In this document: one piece after another, positions 20,777 to 29,519 of the stretch
How the letters are laid out: each line of letters begins with the position of its first letter
Position numbering within the stretch: the stretch's first letter is position 1
From: an uncultured virus (IMG/VR IMGVR_UViG_3300028903_000005)
Taxonomy: Duplodnaviria > Heunggongvirae > Uroviricota > Caudoviricetes
Strand: one strand, 5' to 3'
Length of the DNA: 64,000 nucleotides
Virus record (IMG/VR): IMGVR_UViG_3300028903_000005
Notes under the pieces: model-generated
The model's database searches: none
Seen by the model: the letters and a program-made list of their open reading frames with translations, nothing else
Told to the model about the DNA's origin: nothing
Position numbers and translations under genes: made by a program

Positions 20777-21047
20777 AATTCCGGATAAACCATCCGAACA
20801 TTATTCATTTTTTCGTGATACTCGCGCATAGTGTCGGAACACTTCTTCGCGTGTTTGTTCAGAGACCCGTACACTTCGTTCATCGATTGGGTTGTTTTCT
20901 TGTACATTTTTGTTTCCTCGTTTTGTTTGGGACTTCGGTTGTCCCTAAACATAATGTGCGATATTAGTATTTATAACTTTGGAATACGCGTTCTAACATA
21001 TATAATCTACACAAACCCTTTTATAGAATGAACCACTATGCTTATTC

Positions 21048-21290
21048 ATGGTCATATCTATTTTTACTAAAGAGGAAGAAACCACAATGCGATTCCAACT
21101 TATTTTTGGTCTAATCGGACTCGCCGTGGCTATGGTTTCATTTTGGGCCGCTTCACAATTTGACACCGTGGATTTGAGATATGGTTTCCTTTTCGCGTGC
21201 GTATTAGTTGCGATTACTTGGTTAAAAGAGTCATTGTTCATGCTAGCAGATGTCGCAATTTCGATTATGAAAAACCGAGAGAATCTATAA
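21048..21290 (+). CDS. Two-TM membrane protein
   Basis: Two hydrophobic segments. Confidence 0.55.
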   Translation: MVISIFTKEEETTMRFQLIFGLIGLAVAMVSFWAASQFDTVDLRYGFLFACVLVAITWLKESLFMLADVAISIMKNRENL

Positions 21291-21333
21291 ACCAAAACAT
21301 TTTTATACAATAACACAACAACATTTATATAAT

Positions 21334-21984
21334 ATGACAATGGTTACGAGCCAAAAGACAAAATCCGGAACAACTGTCTTTGTAGTTGGTGGCGCACGTC
21401 AAGAAAGAAATAAAGCATTGGATTATCTTTTAAAATATTACAATAGAAATTTTACTGTTGCCGAGCAAAAAACTATAGGTAATATATATTATGATTTGTT
21501 AGCTGGAACCAGTAAAGATTCCGCTGGCAAAACCATTGCAGAAACCGGAACATTTGTTGGAAAAATGGCAAAAGAGATGAATCCGACAAAAAAGAAAATG
21601 GTGGATTTATATGTTTCAAAAGATGGTAGAACTAGTGAACATACCATCACCCATGAATTAATTCATGCAAAAAAGTTTATGTCCGGTGTAACAGGAGATA
21701 AACACAATGAGAGAAAAATTGATTTTGAAGCGGTTGGGAGGGTATCAAGAAACGGTCTTAAGCGCGAAAATATGCATGGATATTATTTCTCCCCTTTAGG
21801 AAACAAAACGTTGGCAAAGAAAAAAATGTCTAATTCTGAAAAGGGGGAAATTGCATATAAAGGGGTGTTGGATGACCGTAGGTTATTAACGGGATCATTA
21901 AACACCAATATTGTTGGTATCAACGCAGAAAAAAAAGCAAACAAATTGTTTCCGAAGTCATTCTTTAATAGGGGGAAGTTTTAA
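21334..21984 (+). CDS. Basic zincin-like metalloprotease-motif protein
   Basis: TITHELIHA...HNE motif. Confidence 0.6.
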   Translation: MTMVTSQKTKSGTTVFVVGGARQERNKALDYLLKYYNRNFTVAEQKTIGNIYYDLLAGTSKDSAGKTIAETGTFVGKMAKEMNPTKKKMVDLYVSKDGRTSEHTITHELIHAKKFMSGVTGDKHNERKIDFEAVGRVSRNGLKRENMHGYYFSPLGNKTLAKKKMSNSEKGEIAYKGVLDDRRLLTGSLNTNIVGINAEKKANKLFPKSFFNRGKF

Positions 21985-22390
21985 ATCCACGGTGCTGGTA
22001 ACGCATATCCACCGGGGGAAAGGAAATGAAATGTTTGAATTATGTTCTAGAAATACGTACAAAAGATTTGATATCTGAAGACACAGAACGAGTGGTAAAG
22101 CGACATATTAATTTGGCAGTATGGAAAGTTCTAGACGAAGATCTTCCATCTGATGTCGATTGTTCGGTTTATAGTAGGAAGGAATCATGAGCAACGCATC
22201 CGATGAGATGCGAAGAAACCATTATGGATTAAGTTATAATTCATTTATGAAAATGGTTTGTAAAGGATGCAAATGCCCATGTTATGTTGGGGAAGAACGC
22301 TGTGATAAATTGGATAAAATGCGTAGGAAATTTGGTTTTTGATTAAAACCAAACAATACTTTTTTATACTATCGTGCCCTATAACAATGT

Positions 22391-22693
22391 ATGAAAATTA
22401 TAGGCACATTTTCTGTTACAAACGGGATGATCCGATCACCACCCGGTACAGAAGGACGATTCACACTTGAATTAAATAGCAATGGATCTTTTATCTATCA
22501 TCCACTAAAAAACCCTGTTACTGCCGAATATCCATTTGAAGTTTATGATGGCAAAGAATTGCTTGCATCATTCCCAACAGAAGCAAAAGCCATTGAATAT
22601 AAACTAACGATGGAAAAATCTTGTGGGCATACCTTACGCATGAAGAAAATGTTCCCTTCTGCCGAGAAGAATGGGAAGATTGTAGGTGATTAA
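22391..22693 (+). CDS. Hypothetical protein
   Basis: Upstream TATA element; FPTEAKAIEY motif. Confidence 0.6.
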   Translation: MKIIGTFSVTNGMIRSPPGTEGRFTLELNSNGSFIYHPLKNPVTAEYPFEVYDGKELLASFPTEAKAIEYKLTMEKSCGHTLRMKKMFPSAEKNGKIVGD

Positions 22694-22987
22694 ATGATCC
22701 CAGCAAACATCGGCTATGCAAAAGGAGTCGTTCTTAAAGAACTCGCAGCCGGGCGCCGTTGTGAAATTACCGGCGGTGTTTGTATTCGTATCGATAATCG
22801 TGAAGATTATGACCGCAAGAAAGATAAACTCGTTGGTAAGTTTGCAGAAGTCGTATCGCGCACATCCGAAGGCAGATCTCTTATAGCCACGCGCGCACCC
22901 CCACCGTGGGCAGAAAAGAAAATTGACGAAGTGATATGGGATTGTGATGAAATGATTAGATGGGACGTAGATATTAATGACAGATGA
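22694..22987 (+). CDS. Hypothetical protein
   Basis: Operonic ORF. Confidence 0.6.
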   Translation: MIPANIGYAKGVVLKELAAGRRCEITGGVCIRIDNREDYDRKKDKLVGKFAEVVSRTSEGRSLIATRAPPPWAEKKIDEVIWDCDEMIRWDVDINDR

Positions 22988-23402
22988 AGAATGTCCATTA
23001 ACAGCAAACCCGTGTAGGCATTGTTCTAGTGAACATTCTTATCGTCCTTATATGAAAGTGGAGAAAGATCCACGAACCGGATTGTTTGCGCCAAGGGGAT
23101 TGGGGCAATTGAGGATAGATTTAGGGCATTATTGCAACAACATTGGTTGCTGGTGTCACGAATTGGAATCGTGTCCGATGCCTGATGACCTGATACGACA
23201 GGGGGAGATGATTGAAGAAAACAAATTGGTGAAGGAGAAAGAGCGTGTGAAGGAGGAGAGAAGGAAGGCGAGAGAAAAAGCAAAGCGGGCGGCTGTTAAA
23301 AATGTTGTGATGAAGCCAACCAAACGACTCACAAAGGTAACAAAAGCAAAACCACAGAATAAGAAAGGTGTTACGAAGGGTGTGACGAAACGAAAACTTT
23401 AA
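22977..23402 (+). CDS. Cys-rich protein with Lys-rich C-terminal tail
   Basis: CP..PC..C and C...C.C...CP clusters; basic tail. Confidence 0.6.
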   Translation: MTDEECPLTANPCRHCSSEHSYRPYMKVEKDPRTGLFAPRGLGQLRIDLGHYCNNIGCWCHELESCPMPDDLIRQGEMIEENKLVKEKERVKEERRKAREKAKRAAVKNVVMKPTKRLTKVTKAKPQNKKGVTKGVTKRKL

Positions 23403-24442
23403 ATAAAGCAATTCTTTTTATATTTATACTTGTTGGTGCGTTCCTTCGCATTTTTAATGTTGATTATCAATGTTTGTGGACGGAGGAAATTTATAGTTTC
23501 GAAATATCTTCTCTGCCCATTGTGGATTTGGTATTTAAATCTTTCGCTTCTGATTTTAATCCCCCCGTCTATTATATATTTGCTAATTTATCATTATTAT
23601 TAACAAACGGATTAGATTTCTCAATTAGATATCCATCGGTAATAACGGGGATATTATTGATCCCCGTGATGTATTGGCTCGGTGCTACTTATAAAAACGA
23701 AGTGGCGGGAATTTATTGTGCGGGTCTTACAACAATTATACTCCCATTTATATATTACGCTCAATTCGGACGCGCGTATTCAATGTCTTTATTGTTCTTC
23801 GCGCTCGCGTTGGTTTATTATATTAAAGTGAAAAACGAAAACACACGAACCGATAGAATTTTGTTTTGGGCGTTGGCAGTAATAAACGTGTGGATACATC
23901 TGTTTGCTGCAATACCCATTGGATTAATGTGTGTAGACCTATTACTTGACCGAAAACATTGGTTGTGTGGAATTGGTGCAGGAATATGTAGTTTGCCGCT
24001 TCTAGGTATGCTGGTGAATGTTTTAAGCACACGTACACACCAAGCGTTTAATTATGGTGCTTCAATTATTCAAATGGTTGTGCTGACACCAATGGAATTT
24101 TTCAACACTATATTCTTGAATATCTTTGTATTGGCGGGTGTAGGCGCGTGGTATGATAAAAATCCCATTAAAAAGAATTTAATAGTGATAACGGTAATTA
24201 CGTTGATTGTGGGGGTTGTGGGATCTTGTTATACTCCGTTCTTCCCACGATACTATATGACGGTATCGTTGATTATTCTGTTGATGTGTTCGGCGGGTAT
24301 TGTAGAATTGACGAAAACATGTTCCAAAAAAATAGGTAAAAATTTAGATTATATTATTCTGATAATACTATTTGTGGTATTTATCTGGATGGAATTTCCT
24401 AATTTGGTGAGTCATTATACTATAATGCAGTATGAGTGTTAA
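23390..24442 (+). CDS. GT-C membrane glycosyltransferase (PMT/GT39-like); start inferred at ACG 23390
   Basis: The frame is open upstream of the called start (AILFIFILVGAFLRIFNVDYQCLWTEE). Motifs FNPPVYY, RYPS and YAQFGRAYS. Confidence 0.8.
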   Translation, partial: TKTLNKAILFIFILVGAFLRIFNVDYQCLWTEEIYSFEISSLPIVDLVFKSFASDFNPPVYYIFANLSLLLTNGLDFSIRYPSVITGILLIPVMYWLGATYKNEVAGIYCAGLTTIILPFIYYAQFGRAYSMSLLFFALALVYYIKVKNENTRTDRILFWALAVINVWIHLFAAIPIGLMCVDLLLDRKHWLCGIGAGICSLPLLGMLVNVLSTRTHQAFNYGASIIQMVVLTPMEFFNTIFLNIFVLAGVGAWYDKNPIKKNLIVITVITLIVGVVGSCYTPFFPRYYMTVSLIILLMCSAGIVELTKTCSKKIGKNLDYIILIILFVVFIWMEFPNLVSHYTIMQYEC

Positions 24443-24449
24443 AAAAGAA

Positions 24450-24689
24450 TTAAATCTTATGATCCTTCACGTATTCCAGAAACGCCAAATATGCAAATTT
24501 CTTTCCTTCTTCTCTTGATTTGAATCCTTGAATATCATGGAAAGAAAATGCACTCATTAATTTGTCTGATGTTATCATAGGGCTTTTTACTTTATGCGAC
24601 CAGAAAAATTCAAAAGCATCTTTAGTATTGGTGAAATTCTTTGAAGTAAGAGCACCATTTGCTTTGTTGTAAATGACTTTGTAGATCAT
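24450..24689 (-). CDS. Small hypothetical protein
   Basis: Last ORF of the array; FTNTKDAFEF. Confidence 0.6.
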   Translation of the reverse strand: MIYKVIYNKANGALTSKNFTNTKDAFEFFWSHKVKSPMITSDKLMSAFSFHDIQGFKSREEGKKFAYLAFLEYVKDHKI

Positions 24690-24956
24690 TTATCCATACC
24701 TCTCCTTTTTAAAATCATAATCGTGTGCAATATATGACATTGCATCTTCTACAGATACCTTCCCACCAAGAACATCAGATGATAATTTTATTAAATGCTG
24801 TTGAACACGTGTTGGATTAAATTTAAATGTTGATTTCTTTCTTCCCTTTTTAAGATGCTCTATAAGTTGTAGATCATATTGTCGTTTTGCCACTTTCTCT
24901 GCATGTCCTTGAATAATGCGATAATATTTTGAAAGTCTTTCCGGATAATTTGTCAT
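24690..24956 (-). CDS. Small basic protein
   Basis: Coupled ORF in the array. Confidence 0.6.
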   Translation of the reverse strand: MTNYPERLSKYYRIIQGHAEKVAKRQYDLQLIEHLKKGRKKSTFKFNPTRVQQHLIKLSSDVLGGKVSVEDAMSYIAHDYDFKKERYG

Positions 24957-25120
24957 TTCATCCCCCCAATAATGGACCCCGCCAAAGCCATACCCATCCC
25001 GGCGATAGCGACGGTTCCCACCATCTTCGTTGTTGCTTCCATCGTCCTTTCCATACTTCTAATTCCCTCGAATTCGGGGGATTTGCGCTTCCGTTTTGTG
25101 GTTTTTGTTTTGCGTGGCAT
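24953..25120 (-). CDS. 55-aa protein with basic N-terminus and C-terminal hydrophobic helix
   Basis: Translated by hand: MPRKTKTTKRKRK...MVGTVAIAGMGMALAGSIIGGMK. Confidence 0.7.
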   Translation of the reverse strand: MPRKTKTTKRKRKSPEFEGIRSMERTMEATTKMVGTVAIAGMGMALAGSIIGGMK

Positions 25121-25122
25121 TG

Positions 25123-25434
25123 TTAAAACCCCATTTCTTTTCTGTGGCGTCTTACAGATTCTTCATTTTTTAAATTTATCATCTCTTCGAGGTTTTTGCG
25201 TTCTTCTTCTGTCATTGGTTTTGATTTCTTTCGAATATAAACAACCCATGCCGTGCCATTGGAATATTTTACACCCTTTATAATCGTAAGATATCCTCTC
25301 AATTTATAATTTGTTGCAATTATAGAAGCGTCTTTTTTAGACCACGGGTAATCGGATTGTGTTTTTGCACGTATATACCATAACGGGGAACCTCGAATAC
25401 TCATTCGTGGATATGTAATGTCTTCGAGTTTCAT
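25123..25434 (-). CDS. Small basic array-family protein
   Basis: SKKDASIIATNYKLRGY...WVVYIRKK matches the family pattern. Confidence 0.7.
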   Translation of the reverse strand: MKLEDITYPRMSIRGSPLWYIRAKTQSDYPWSKKDASIIATNYKLRGYLTIIKGVKYSNGTAWVVYIRKKSKPMTEEERKNLEEMINLKNEESVRRHRKEMGF

Positions 25435-25462
25435 TTCACTTCACCATTTGTTTTGCGTGGCA

Positions 25463-25777
25463 TTATGATGACCTACCGGGTTTGAATTTAATTTCATGAA
25501 GTTCTGCATACTCTTTCATTTCTTTAAGAGCTGCTATTTTTGTTGCATGATATCGATAATTCATTCTCGCTTGCCCATAATTAAGATACCATCCGTAGCG
25601 TGGTTCTTTAGAAATATAAACCTCCCTTCCACGTTTGGTATCGGGGTTTAAGAAAATCATTGATAATGCTTCTTTAGAAACCCCACGCATGAAATTATCT
25701 CTACCTTTTGCACGGGTGCTATTTGGACGAAGAGATCTCCGTTTTATACCCATTTCCATTCTTTTTGCTGTTGTCAT
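25463..25777 (-). CDS. Small basic protein
   Basis: Follows the repeat-borne RBS; HATKIAALKEM. Confidence 0.65.
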   Translation of the reverse strand: MTTAKRMEMGIKRRSLRPNSTRAKGRDNFMRGVSKEALSMIFLNPDTKRGREVYISKEPRYGWYLNYGQARMNYRYHATKIAALKEMKEYAELHEIKFKPGRSS

Positions 25778-25807
25778 TTCACTTCACCATTTGTTTTGCG
25801 TGGCATT

Positions 25808-26029
25808 TTATTTCACCAATCTTTTTATTAATTTTTCTTTTGCTGTATTTATAGCATTGGTTATATTATTAGATTCTATTTGAAATAGATGATTATATTT
25901 ATCTAAAAGCGGTTTGTCCTTTTCATGAAACGAAACAGCATAGATATTAGATTCGAAACGCGTTGGGTGAAATGCTTTAACTTCATACTGTATATTATTA
26001 ATTTGTATTATCTTTTTTGTAACAGTCAT
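25808..26029 (-). CDS. Small hypothetical protein
   Basis: Coupled ORF in the array. Confidence 0.6.
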   Translation of the reverse strand: MTVTKKIIQINNIQYEVKAFHPTRFESNIYAVSFHEKDKPLLDKYNHLFQIESNNITNAINTAKEKLIKRLVK

Positions 26030-26233
26030 TTATTTCATCCTCCCATAAATTAAATATCCACCGTGATCTTCTCTACCATCAACAGAGCAGATCATAACTC
26101 CTTGTTCTCCAAGACGTTTCTTTTCAATAGAAACTGCTCGCTTATGTGGAACAACTTCTATAAATTCATAACGACGACCACGATATTCATGTGTTGCTGG
26201 ATATGGAATTAGTTTCTTTTTTCTTGTTACCAT
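26030..26233 (-). CDS. Small basic array-family protein
   Basis: YRGRRY...HKRAV..EKKRL..QG...GYLIYGRMK. Confidence 0.7.
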   Translation of the reverse strand: MVTRKKKLIPYPATHEYRGRRYEFIEVVPHKRAVSIEKKRLGEQGVMICSVDGREDHGGYLIYGRMK

Positions 26234-26239
26234 GTTATT

Positions 26240-26422
26240 TCACACCTTCTTCGTATGCGCCCAAACCGTGTAAATGTACCTATCAACATCTTTGTCTTTA
26301 GTTACATGCACGATTTCAGTCTTATACTTCCGAATTCTCTTTGCTTCAGTATCAGCATCTTTTTTAGTGTTGTGATATCCAACAGCATAAAACTTCTTGT
26401 GGTTAAAGATTCTCGATTGCAT
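26240..26422 (-). CDS. Small basic array-family protein
   Basis: RIFNHKKF...TKKDADTEAKRIRK...YTVW. Confidence 0.75.
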   Translation of the reverse strand: MQSRIFNHKKFYAVGYHNTKKDADTEAKRIRKYKTEIVHVTKDKDVDRYIYTVWAHTKKV

Positions 26423-26425
26423 CTT

Positions 26426-26644
26426 TCACTTCCTCCCTCTCACTCCAACACAATAAGGATGCCGCCCAAACAAGCGATTTTCCTTTTTGCGTATGTAAAG
26501 AATTACTTCCTTATACATATTGGTTTCTCGCAACTTACTTATAAACCTTTCGGCTTCGGGTTTGCTGGAATACATCCACTTAATAACATAAAATTTATCA
26601 TCGATCTTTTGACGAAATCCGGGGTGGGCTTCTAGGTAGGACAT
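26426..26644 (-). CDS. Small basic array-family protein
   Basis: KIDDKFY...SKPEAERFISKLRE...YCVGVRGRK. Confidence 0.7.
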   Translation of the reverse strand: MSYLEAHPGFRQKIDDKFYVIKWMYSSKPEAERFISKLRETNMYKEVILYIRKKENRLFGRHPYCVGVRGRK

Positions 26645-26839
26645 TCAAATCCCCAACTTCTTTTCCATCTTTTTCAATTCAACATAATACTGTGAACTTT
26701 CTAAAAGATGATCTTTCGCAATTGCTTTTGCCACACGCTTACTTTTAGTGTGTTCAAGTTCAACTTTGATACCATATTTTAATTGAGTGGGATTGAAAAA
26801 AGAATCTGGATATTTTGAACCTTTACCTCCAACGTTCAT
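26645..26839 (-). CDS. DUF5661-like protein
   Basis: QLKYGIKVELEHT...AKAIAKDHLLE...YY..LKKME motif. Confidence 0.7.
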   Translation of the reverse strand: MNVGGKGSKYPDSFFNPTQLKYGIKVELEHTKSKRVAKAIAKDHLLESSQYYVELKKMEKKLGI

Positions 26840-26842
26840 GGT

Positions 26843-27028
26843 TTAAAACCTCGAAGTAGAAAACCTACGATTATCATCTATAATTTTCCGTTCAATTTCT
26901 TTAAGGGTAGTGCGTTGATAAGTAGCATACGGAGTTTTGAGAATGTATGATTTGCCATCGCGCTCGAAATCAAATCCACACGTCTTTGCGAATTTCTTAA
27001 TGTAGTCGTATGTTATTTTTGTGGACAT
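26843..27028 (-). CDS. Small hypothetical protein
   Basis: Coupled ORF in the array. Confidence 0.6.
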   Translation of the reverse strand: MSTKITYDYIKKFAKTCGFDFERDGKSYILKTPYATYQRTTLKEIERKIIDDNRRFSTSRF

Positions 27029-27030
27029 TT

Positions 27031-27237
27031 TTAAAACACCCTTTCACATTCGCGCTTGAAAAATTTCATAGCATCCTTTTTGTTACTCCGCATTGCAGAA
27101 ACGGTTTCGCCATTCTTTTTTACAACGTATCCAGAATACTTGATCCCATTAATATCTTTTATGGTTTCGTGTTCAAGAGTAACAGTGCCATAACCTTTCT
27201 TTGTTTTTGTTTTAAGAATTGTCATTCCAATCACCAC
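27031..27237 (-). CDS. Small basic protein
   Basis: SNKKDAMKFFK. Confidence 0.6.
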   Translation of the reverse strand: MVIGMTILKTKTKKGYGTVTLEHETIKDINGIKYSGYVVKKNGETVSAMRSNKKDAMKFFKRECERVF

Positions 27238-27416
27238 TCATATGTATCAAATCTGTTTCCACCACGGCTTTTCTTAAATGCATGTTTACCTTTATGCCGC
27301 CTTCCGAAATATAGATCATCAACAGCAAGTTTGGTTGGTTCATAACCACCCATCATAGAACTGCGACGGTGGACTTTTGATTTTGTGCGTGTTCCGTATT
27401 TTCTTGTGGATGTCAT
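27231..27416 (-). CDS. Very basic small protein
   Basis: R/K/G-rich; probable start MTSTRK. Confidence 0.6.
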   Translation of the reverse strand: MTSTRKYGTRTKSKVHRRSSMMGGYEPTKLAVDDLYFGRRHKGKHAFKKSRGGNRFDTYEW

Positions 27417-27417
27417 T

Positions 27418-27672
27418 TTATTTCCCCCCACGTGTTACCATAGCACCGGTGCGACGATATGATCTACCTGCCCGTTTCGATATTGTTGATTTGTGATGTT
27501 TAGGAAGCAATCGTTTATCTTGTTTCCTCCATTCTTTCATAGATCCCGCAATGGAACCACCAACACCGTGTAATTCTTTCAACCATTTCTTTGGTGGTTT
27601 TAAAACTGTATCTCCCCCCTCATTAACAGCATATTTGACACTTCTGCTCCCAACTCTGCGTTTAGTTACCAT
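27418..27672 (-). CDS. Very basic small protein
   Basis: R/K-rich; PPKKWL motif. Confidence 0.65.
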   Translation of the reverse strand: MVTKRRVGSRSVKYAVNEGGDTVLKPPKKWLKELHGVGGSIAGSMKEWRKQDKRLLPKHHKSTISKRAGRSYRRTGAMVTRGGK

Positions 27673-27678
27673 TCCAAT

Positions 27679-27882
27679 CTACCTCAATTTCCCATTATAA
27701 AATTCATGCGCGGTCTTTTCAATAAGATGAAGTCTCCAATTCTTCCCAACCTTTTTGACTTCGTAGCGTTTAATCATACTACCAAGTTTCTGCACGTAAG
27801 TCAGACCAACCGCGCGCTGCCCGGCTTTCTGTGCATCAATTTTGGTTGGGTATTCACCTTCAACGTATCGTTTCCTTGACAT
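27679..27882 (-). CDS. Small basic array-family protein
   Basis: YPTKIDAQKAG...VKKVGKNWRLHL. First ORF after the internal promoter. Confidence 0.65.
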   Translation of the reverse strand: MSRKRYVEGEYPTKIDAQKAGQRAVGLTYVQKLGSMIKRYEVKKVGKNWRLHLIEKTAHEFYNGKLR

Positions 27883-28012
27883 TTCACAACCTCTAGATAT
27901 ACTTTCTACGTTATAGAAAATATTGCTATGTCTAATAGGTTAAATGTCAAAGTATAAATAGTTATCTATTGTGGAAAAAGAGAAAATGTTTGTTTGTTGT
28001 TATAGGTATAAT

Positions 28013-28300
28013 TCATCCATAATATTGATATGGACTATAAACATATAAAACATTAATGGTGGCTATATCTTTACTCAACCCAACTCTTTTATTCATGTTA
28101 TAAGGATCGTGATATCTAATATAATGTTTAAATGTTTTAATCAAATATTTATTTGCTGGCCAATTCTTTTTCTCGCTTTCGGCACGTCGTTCATACATGG
28201 ATTTTGTAGCACCATAAACAAGAAGTTTATATCTATGTCCACGGTGGTTTATAGTTTTTGGAAGATCATCTTCAAGATATCCAAGAATTTTGTTTGCCAT
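28013..28300 (-). CDS. Small basic array-family protein
   Basis: INHRGHRY...ATKSMYERRAES. Confidence 0.6.
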   Translation of the reverse strand: MANKILGYLEDDLPKTINHRGHRYKLLVYGATKSMYERRAESEKKNWPANKYLIKTFKHYIRYHDPYNMNKRVGLSKDIATINVLYVYSPYQYYG

Positions 28301-28310
28301 TTTAACACCT

Positions 28311-28562
28311 CTACTTATTCGCCCTATCCGCATTCAACAACGCATTCGCGCGCTTCTTCATAAGTGCCGTTACACGAACCATCTTATTTCCAGTTTGGGT
28401 TGGGTTGTGTGCAATCATCCCAATTTTGGTATCCACGATTGCTTGGAGGAAAGTCAATGGAATCTTTACATTGGGAGAAATCCCCAATTGCCTGTGGAAA
28501 GTTCCTTTGCCTGCATTTTTGAATGCTTCTGCCATCCAGTTGTTTGTTTTTCTTCCGGCCAT
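28311..28562 (-). CDS. Basic viral hypothetical protein
   Basis: W..EA....KG.FH.QLG.....KIP...KRA pattern, which I recognise from phage hypothetical proteins. Confidence 0.65.
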   Translation of the reverse strand: MAGRKTNNWMAEAFKNAGKGTFHRQLGISPNVKIPLTFLQAIVDTKIGMIAHNPTQTGNKMVRVTALMKKRANALLNADRANK

Positions 28563-28573
28563 TTTATATCACA

Positions 28574-28747
28574 TCAATATATTAAATAATCTTTGTAGTG
28601 TGGATTATCTTTACGTTCTTTTGCTGCACGTCTAGATTTTGATCCACGGCTACGAGTAGTTTCAACTTCTTTTCTGCGCTCCGGGCGAGTACTTTTGCGT
28701 GTTATATTTTTCCGAGCAGTGTGAATGCCATATCGTTCTTTTGCCAT
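28574..28747 (-). CDS. Arg-rich, protamine-like 57-aa protein
   Basis: Translated by hand: MAKERYGIHTARKNITRKSTRPERRKEVETTRSRGSKSRRAAKERK... Confidence 0.6.
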   Translation of the reverse strand: MAKERYGIHTARKNITRKSTRPERRKEVETTRSRGSKSRRAAKERKDNPHYKDYLIY

Positions 28748-28749
28748 TT

Positions 28750-28908
28750 TTACTCCCTATTATGCCCGCGCCCGCCAATAATATGCACGCGGCCAAGTGG
28801 GTTCTTGTTCATCATCGTATTCTCACCATCAGGCTGCAAAGCAACCCTGTCGCTACCGCCACCCGCTTGTTTTGCGCGATTCATAAGGCCAAAGATATCT
28901 ACTTTCAT
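28750..28908 (-). CDS. 52-aa microprotein, paralog B
   Basis: MKVDIFGLMNR...GENTMM...LGRVHIIGGRGHNRE. Confidence 0.65.
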   Translation of the reverse strand: MKVDIFGLMNRAKQAGGGSDRVALQPDGENTMMNKNPLGRVHIIGGRGHNRE

Positions 28909-28909
28909 C

Positions 28910-29068
28910 TCAATCCCTATTTCCACCGCGCCCGGCAATGCTCTTGAAGCGTCCGAGAAGCCCGTTGGGAAGCATACTCTCTCCCTGTGCTCCGGGCACG
29001 CTGTCTTGGCGTTCCTTCGTGTAACCAGCAGTGCGATCCATGATTCCTTTTAAGTCAGGTGTCTTCAT
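28910..29068 (-). CDS. 52-aa microprotein, paralog A
   Basis: MKTPDLKGIMDR...GESML...LGRFKSIAGRGGNRD. Confidence 0.65.
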   Translation of the reverse strand: MKTPDLKGIMDRTAGYTKERQDSVPGAQGESMLPNGLLGRFKSIAGRGGNRD

Positions 29069-29256
29069 AGTGTCTTAACTTTCCCGAGGATTTTGGTTGT
29101 TTCCTCTTTGGTTTTACCCCACGCATTATTGGCGTCAAGCGGTTGTCCGTTGTGCTTATTATGGAGTATTGTTTGATCAGTTGTATGCTCGATGTATTTA
29201 AACCTTTTGGTTAGTTTTTCGTTTTCTTCGTTGGCTACGTTAAAGAGGTGGGTCAT
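29065..29256 (-). CDS. Small hypothetical protein
   Basis: MTHLFNVANEENEKLTKRFKYIEHTT... Confidence 0.6.
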   Translation of the reverse strand: MTHLFNVANEENEKLTKRFKYIEHTTDQTILHNKHNGQPLDANNAWGKTKEETTKILGKVKTL

Positions 29257-29257
29257 T

Positions 29258-29467
29258 TTAGCGCCTCCCAAACCACCCTCGTTTCAGATTGGCCATATCA
29301 TCCATCGGATCGAGTTTCATGTTCTTGATACGTTTCCGATCTTCTCTTTCAAAACGGTTTGCTTCGGACAAAACCGCTCGGCGCAACACGGGATCTTTGT
29401 TTGCTTCATTCGCTGTTACACCAAAAGTTCGAAGGGCTTTGCGAATATATTTAGTCGAATCTGTCAT
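29258..29467 (-). CDS. Small basic helical protein
   Basis: GAGG RBS; lies between the duplicated gene starts. Confidence 0.65.
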   Translation of the reverse strand: MTDSTKYIRKALRTFGVTANEANKDPVLRRAVLSEANRFEREDRKRIKNMKLDPMDDMANLKRGWFGRR

Positions 29468-29519
29468 TCTTTCTACCTCGTTATTCTTATTTTTCTATTG
29501 TGTTCGTCTTTTAGAAAAT

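Larger units (their letters stand above)
25104..25807 (-). repeat. Direct repeat AATGCCACGCAAAACAAA x3; two copies extend to 34 identical nt (...TGGTGAAGTGAAATGA)
   Basis: ATGs at 25120, 25463 and 25806, exactly 343 bp apart. Confidence 0.9.

Noticed and set aside
25104..25807. Regularly spaced repeats as a CRISPR array
   Set aside because: The spacers are about 310 bp and each encodes a gene. The repeat is a start-codon/RBS module, and no cas genes are visible.
28600..29060. GC-richer stretch as a structured ncRNA
   Set aside because: It is fully explained by three coupled minus-strand microprotein ORFs.
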